A stretch of DNA of 64,000 nt. Origin: Somniosus microcephalus. Its lineage: Eukaryota. Positions 60,844-64,000 of this stretch are shown in pieces (position 1 is the first letter of the stretch; every line of letters starts with the position of its first letter). The position numbers and the translations under genes are program-made. Location of the stretch: assembly GCA_052327205.1 (NCBI GenBank), contig CM126223.1, positions 40,362,001 to 40,426,000 of the forward strand, written 5' to 3'. Under the pieces are notes generated by a model. It had not been told where the DNA came from and searched no databases. It saw nothing but the letters and a program-made list of their open reading frames with translations.

Positions 60844-62340
60844 GGGGCCAATTTCTTCCCCCCCCCCCCCCCCCCGCCATCCCAGTGTATGTTGGGTGGT
60901 GTGCTGCTGGAATCCACCTGACCCGAGGGGACCTAAAACCACTCTTGTATTTCTGTCTTAAAGATTCCTACGGGAGAGTCCATGCCGTCAGCTAATCAAT
61001 GCATGCTTCTGCTTTTGCAGGAGGAGGCTGCACATAACAAGAGGGAGAGGAGTTATGCATCCTCTGATCCTTTTTGAGGAGCAGGCCCTTCAAATCCCTT
61101 GGAATGGGAAGCAGAAGTAGGAAGCATGGCCCTAGCTTCGACCTTGTCCAACACTTGCACTTCCTTCACTCACCATCTTATTCAGTCACATAATCATTTG
61201 CATTAAAGCTGGGATTAAGCAACAGGTTTGGCAAAGGCTTTAATCAGAATTTGGTGCTGAGCCTTTTTCCTCTTTTCCCTTTTTCTCTATCTGCAGGTAT
61301 GGCAGAAGAAGCCACTATGTACAGCACCCTGGCACCCAATCTCACTCTTGAAAGCAACAGCACAGATCCATCCACCCCAGCAGGTTTAGATAGTTAATTT
61401 CAGAGCAGCACACTGGATGATCCACACATGAGCAGGTGGAGGTGGTCCAGGAAGAAGCACCTGGCTGGAAGGTTATCTCTCATTCATCCATAGCTGTTGA
61501 GGGCAGGGATCCTGAATTCCAGGGCCCAACTTTTAAAAGATACTTTCAGAGTACAACAGATTGTTTGAGCCACTGGGGGATGTACCTAGGAGCATTCAAC
61601 AGATGGTGGCTAGTTAGGATCATACAACAGAGAAGGAGGCCAGCCGGCCCATCCTGCCTGTGCTGAACCCGTATGTACAGCGTTCTCGTGCACTGCCTGG
61701 AAAGTATGTCGTCAGCCTTGGAGCGAGTGGCAGCTCCAGGGACATCGAGAGTGCAGCCCCTCATGAAGAAACCGTTATGCTACTCTTTGCATTTCTTATA
61801 AATGTGCCGACTGCTGCCATACCATGCTGCAATGTGAGCTCCTCCTTGGACAGAACAGCTGATCACCATGACTGACTGGAGAGAGCCTTTGACGGGGGCT
61901 TCAGCAATGTGATTGATACCATGGAATTTGCTCAATGGACGTGGTGACACTGAGGCGGAGAACAGGAGCAAATCGAATCTGCCAATGATTATGGTGTTAA
62001 CTCTACGGTGACAACATCTCCACACCAGTCCTCCACCCTTCCCATGACTTCATGTGCCAGAAAGTGGGCAGGGCCAGGCTGTCCCCACTTGTGCAGAAGG
62101 GTGGCAGCCTTATCACAAGGCTCTGCTCAGAGGTTGAGCGCTACCTTGATCACAGGAACCTCTCCTGGACACTCCGCTGCTAATCACTTTATAGGCCCCA
62201 GCCATGAAGGTGGCACCAAGAAGTAATATGGACTTGCACCATGATAGCAGGCATTGGCTAGATGAGAGACACTTTGGGTTTTGGCAAATAAGATATGTTG
62301 GCACAGGAGTTGTAGCCAATGTGGAGTGTTTCATTTGTAA
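60844..62340 (+). mobile_element. Possible decayed Harbinger Myb-protein gene remnant
   Basis: TTTTGCAG|GAGGAGGCTGCACATAACAAGAGGGAGAGG (EEAAHNKRER) resembles the second exon of Harbinger Myb proteins. The rest is weak. Confidence 0.3.
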
Positions 62341-62361
62341 AACGTGCATTGAAGAGGTATG

Positions 62362-63251
62362 GGGGGGAAAATTCGGTTGGTTTGCACCTCCCGTTAGCGC
62401 CTTAAGAGGGCGCTAATGGGGCGCAAAGCAACTAGCGCCCATGCGCGGCGACGTTTGCACCGCTCACGAAATTATCTAGACATCTTGCGGCGGCGCTAAA
62501 CACTACCGCCACGATCTCCTGCGCCAGCAGATCATGGCGTCAGTCGAGAGTGCAACGCCCCAGTAACGCCCCGGACCGGATATTGAGTGGCGCCACCTGT
62601 CTTACCGCCTGCCGCTAACAATGACCGGTTGAGGGGAGCGTTTTGCAGTCAGGAAGGGACTGGGGGAGCGCTATTTAAAGGCAACCGCTTCCTGCCTTTT
62701 TTTGTCGGCAAAATTTTTGTACCACGCATTCTGAGAGAGAGAGAGACTTCTGGAGAGATTCAAAGCTGTGTTGAGGAGTTTTGGGTACTGAGCAGCACTT
62801 TGCAGGTTCTTTCTGATTTGATCTTCCTTGCATCGATTTAGAAGAGAATATGGGGGCTGCACTCTGAGCTCTTTCCCTGGGCGTCTCCAATGTTCTTTCC
62901 AACAGATTTGATGTACAGGTCTCTCCAGGCTGAGATTCAAGGCTGCAATGAGCAGGCTGTGGATGGAGAACAAGATCGATCCTCCCCTTTAGGAACTGGC
63001 CGGCGCCAGTGTGTCTGTGTTCCATTGCTGACTGACATCACAAGAGCTTCGCCAGCGCTCGGAGTTAGCACCTCGCTCCTCGGCCTTTGCGCCTTAAGAG
63101 ATGTGTGTAGCGCCTGATTTAGCGCTCCAATCAACTCCGGGGCGATAGAAGCCAAGTTTGCAGTCGGAGGCGATAATTAGCGGCAGGCGCTAAACTTTGC
63201 GCTCGGCCGATAATTGCGCCCCAAATGGAGGCGATACTGAATTTCTCCCCC
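62362..63251. mobile_element. Harbinger-derived MITE, same family as 27567-28435
   Basis: TIRs GGGGGGAAAATTC and GAATTTCTCCCCC, with ATG on both flanks (possible TSD). Confidence 0.8.
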
Positions 63252-63759
63252 ATGGTCTTGCTGATTGTTAAGTAGGGCGGCAGTGGGAATGTTGTGCCTT
63301 CGGATTTATTGCAGGGAGCAGGAAAAATGCAGGAAAGACCGGTAATAAGTAGGGGCCCATAAGGACTTTAGGAGAAAACGTCCATTTAATGCTCGGCTGA
63401 ATGGCTCTTGCAGCTGCCAAAAGTGCTTGCCAGCATGACTCATTTAAAAATGGCCTGTCTCTCATTGTGTGGAATAACACTGCTTCCACCTAACTCCATC
63501 TCAACGTAGGCTGGTTGAGAGCAGGAGCTCATTGTGCAGGCCGATCTACACACTTTGGCCATCTGCTTTCTGTAGTGATATAATATGAGTAATCTAAAGG
63601 TCAGCCACTCAGGACTTTTCCAGAGCTTGGCATATAGAACCAAGGTTATTTGTCATTTAGTAACGCAAGTACAGCACTACTCTATTTTTGTGGATCAAGT
63701 TTTAAATTTTTTTAAAGCGCATTTTATTCCACCTTGTATAGTGAATTTAATGTAGTGAT

Positions 63760-64000
63760 AAGCAGCAGTGATACCCGCCCTGCTGTATGCCTCAGAGACA
63801 TGGACCATGTACAGCAGGCACCTCAAAGCACTGGAGAGGTACCACCAATGCTGCCTCCGCAAGATCCTGCAAATCCATTGGCAGGATAGGCGCACCAACG
63901 TCGGTGTTCTTGCTCAGGCCAACATCCCCAGCATCGAAGCTTTGACCACGCTCAATCAGCTCCGATGGATGGGTCACATTGTCCACATGCCCGATACGAG
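63760..64000 (+). mobile_element. 5'-truncated RTE (BovB-like) LINE, runs off the window
   Basis: AVIPALLYASETWTMYSRHLKALERYHQCCLRKILQIHWQDRRTNVGVL..NQLRWMGHIVHMPD. Confidence 0.88.

Noticed and set aside
21689-64000. CASTOR2 exon 2 (CKFFSLTETPEDYT...)
   Set aside because: No matching sequence with a splice acceptor was found by eye or in the ORF track. It probably lies beyond the window, though a short exon could have been missed.

Overview
Eukaryotic, repeat-dense vertebrate DNA, very likely a shark or ray. This is inferred from HE1/V-SINE-, SacSINE1/DeuSINE- and HER1/CR1-type repeats. One host gene is recognisable: the CpG-island promoter and first coding exon of CASTOR2 (GATSL2; 21576-21688, + strand). 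No exon 2 was found, so everything downstream is probably intron 1. The rest is mobile DNA: several CR1 LINEs (one with a nearly complete ORF2), L2, RTE and other LINE remnants, an RT-deleted Mag-type Gypsy LTR element with both LTRs and a 5-bp TSD, two lone LTRs, a nearly intact Tigger (DD32D), a deletion series of PIF/Harbinger elements, Penelope ends carrying minimal hammerhead ribozyme motifs, and at least four SINE families. The best leads are (1) two coupled uORFs, one Arg-rich and overlapping the CASTOR2 start codon, (2) hammerhead-bearing Penelope ends recurring as palindromic mini-elements in the intron, and (3) Harbinger MITEs reduced to two head-to-head promoter/ATG modules. I cannot confirm from sequence alone that any of these is undescribed. 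Family names are from memory and boundaries were set by eye.
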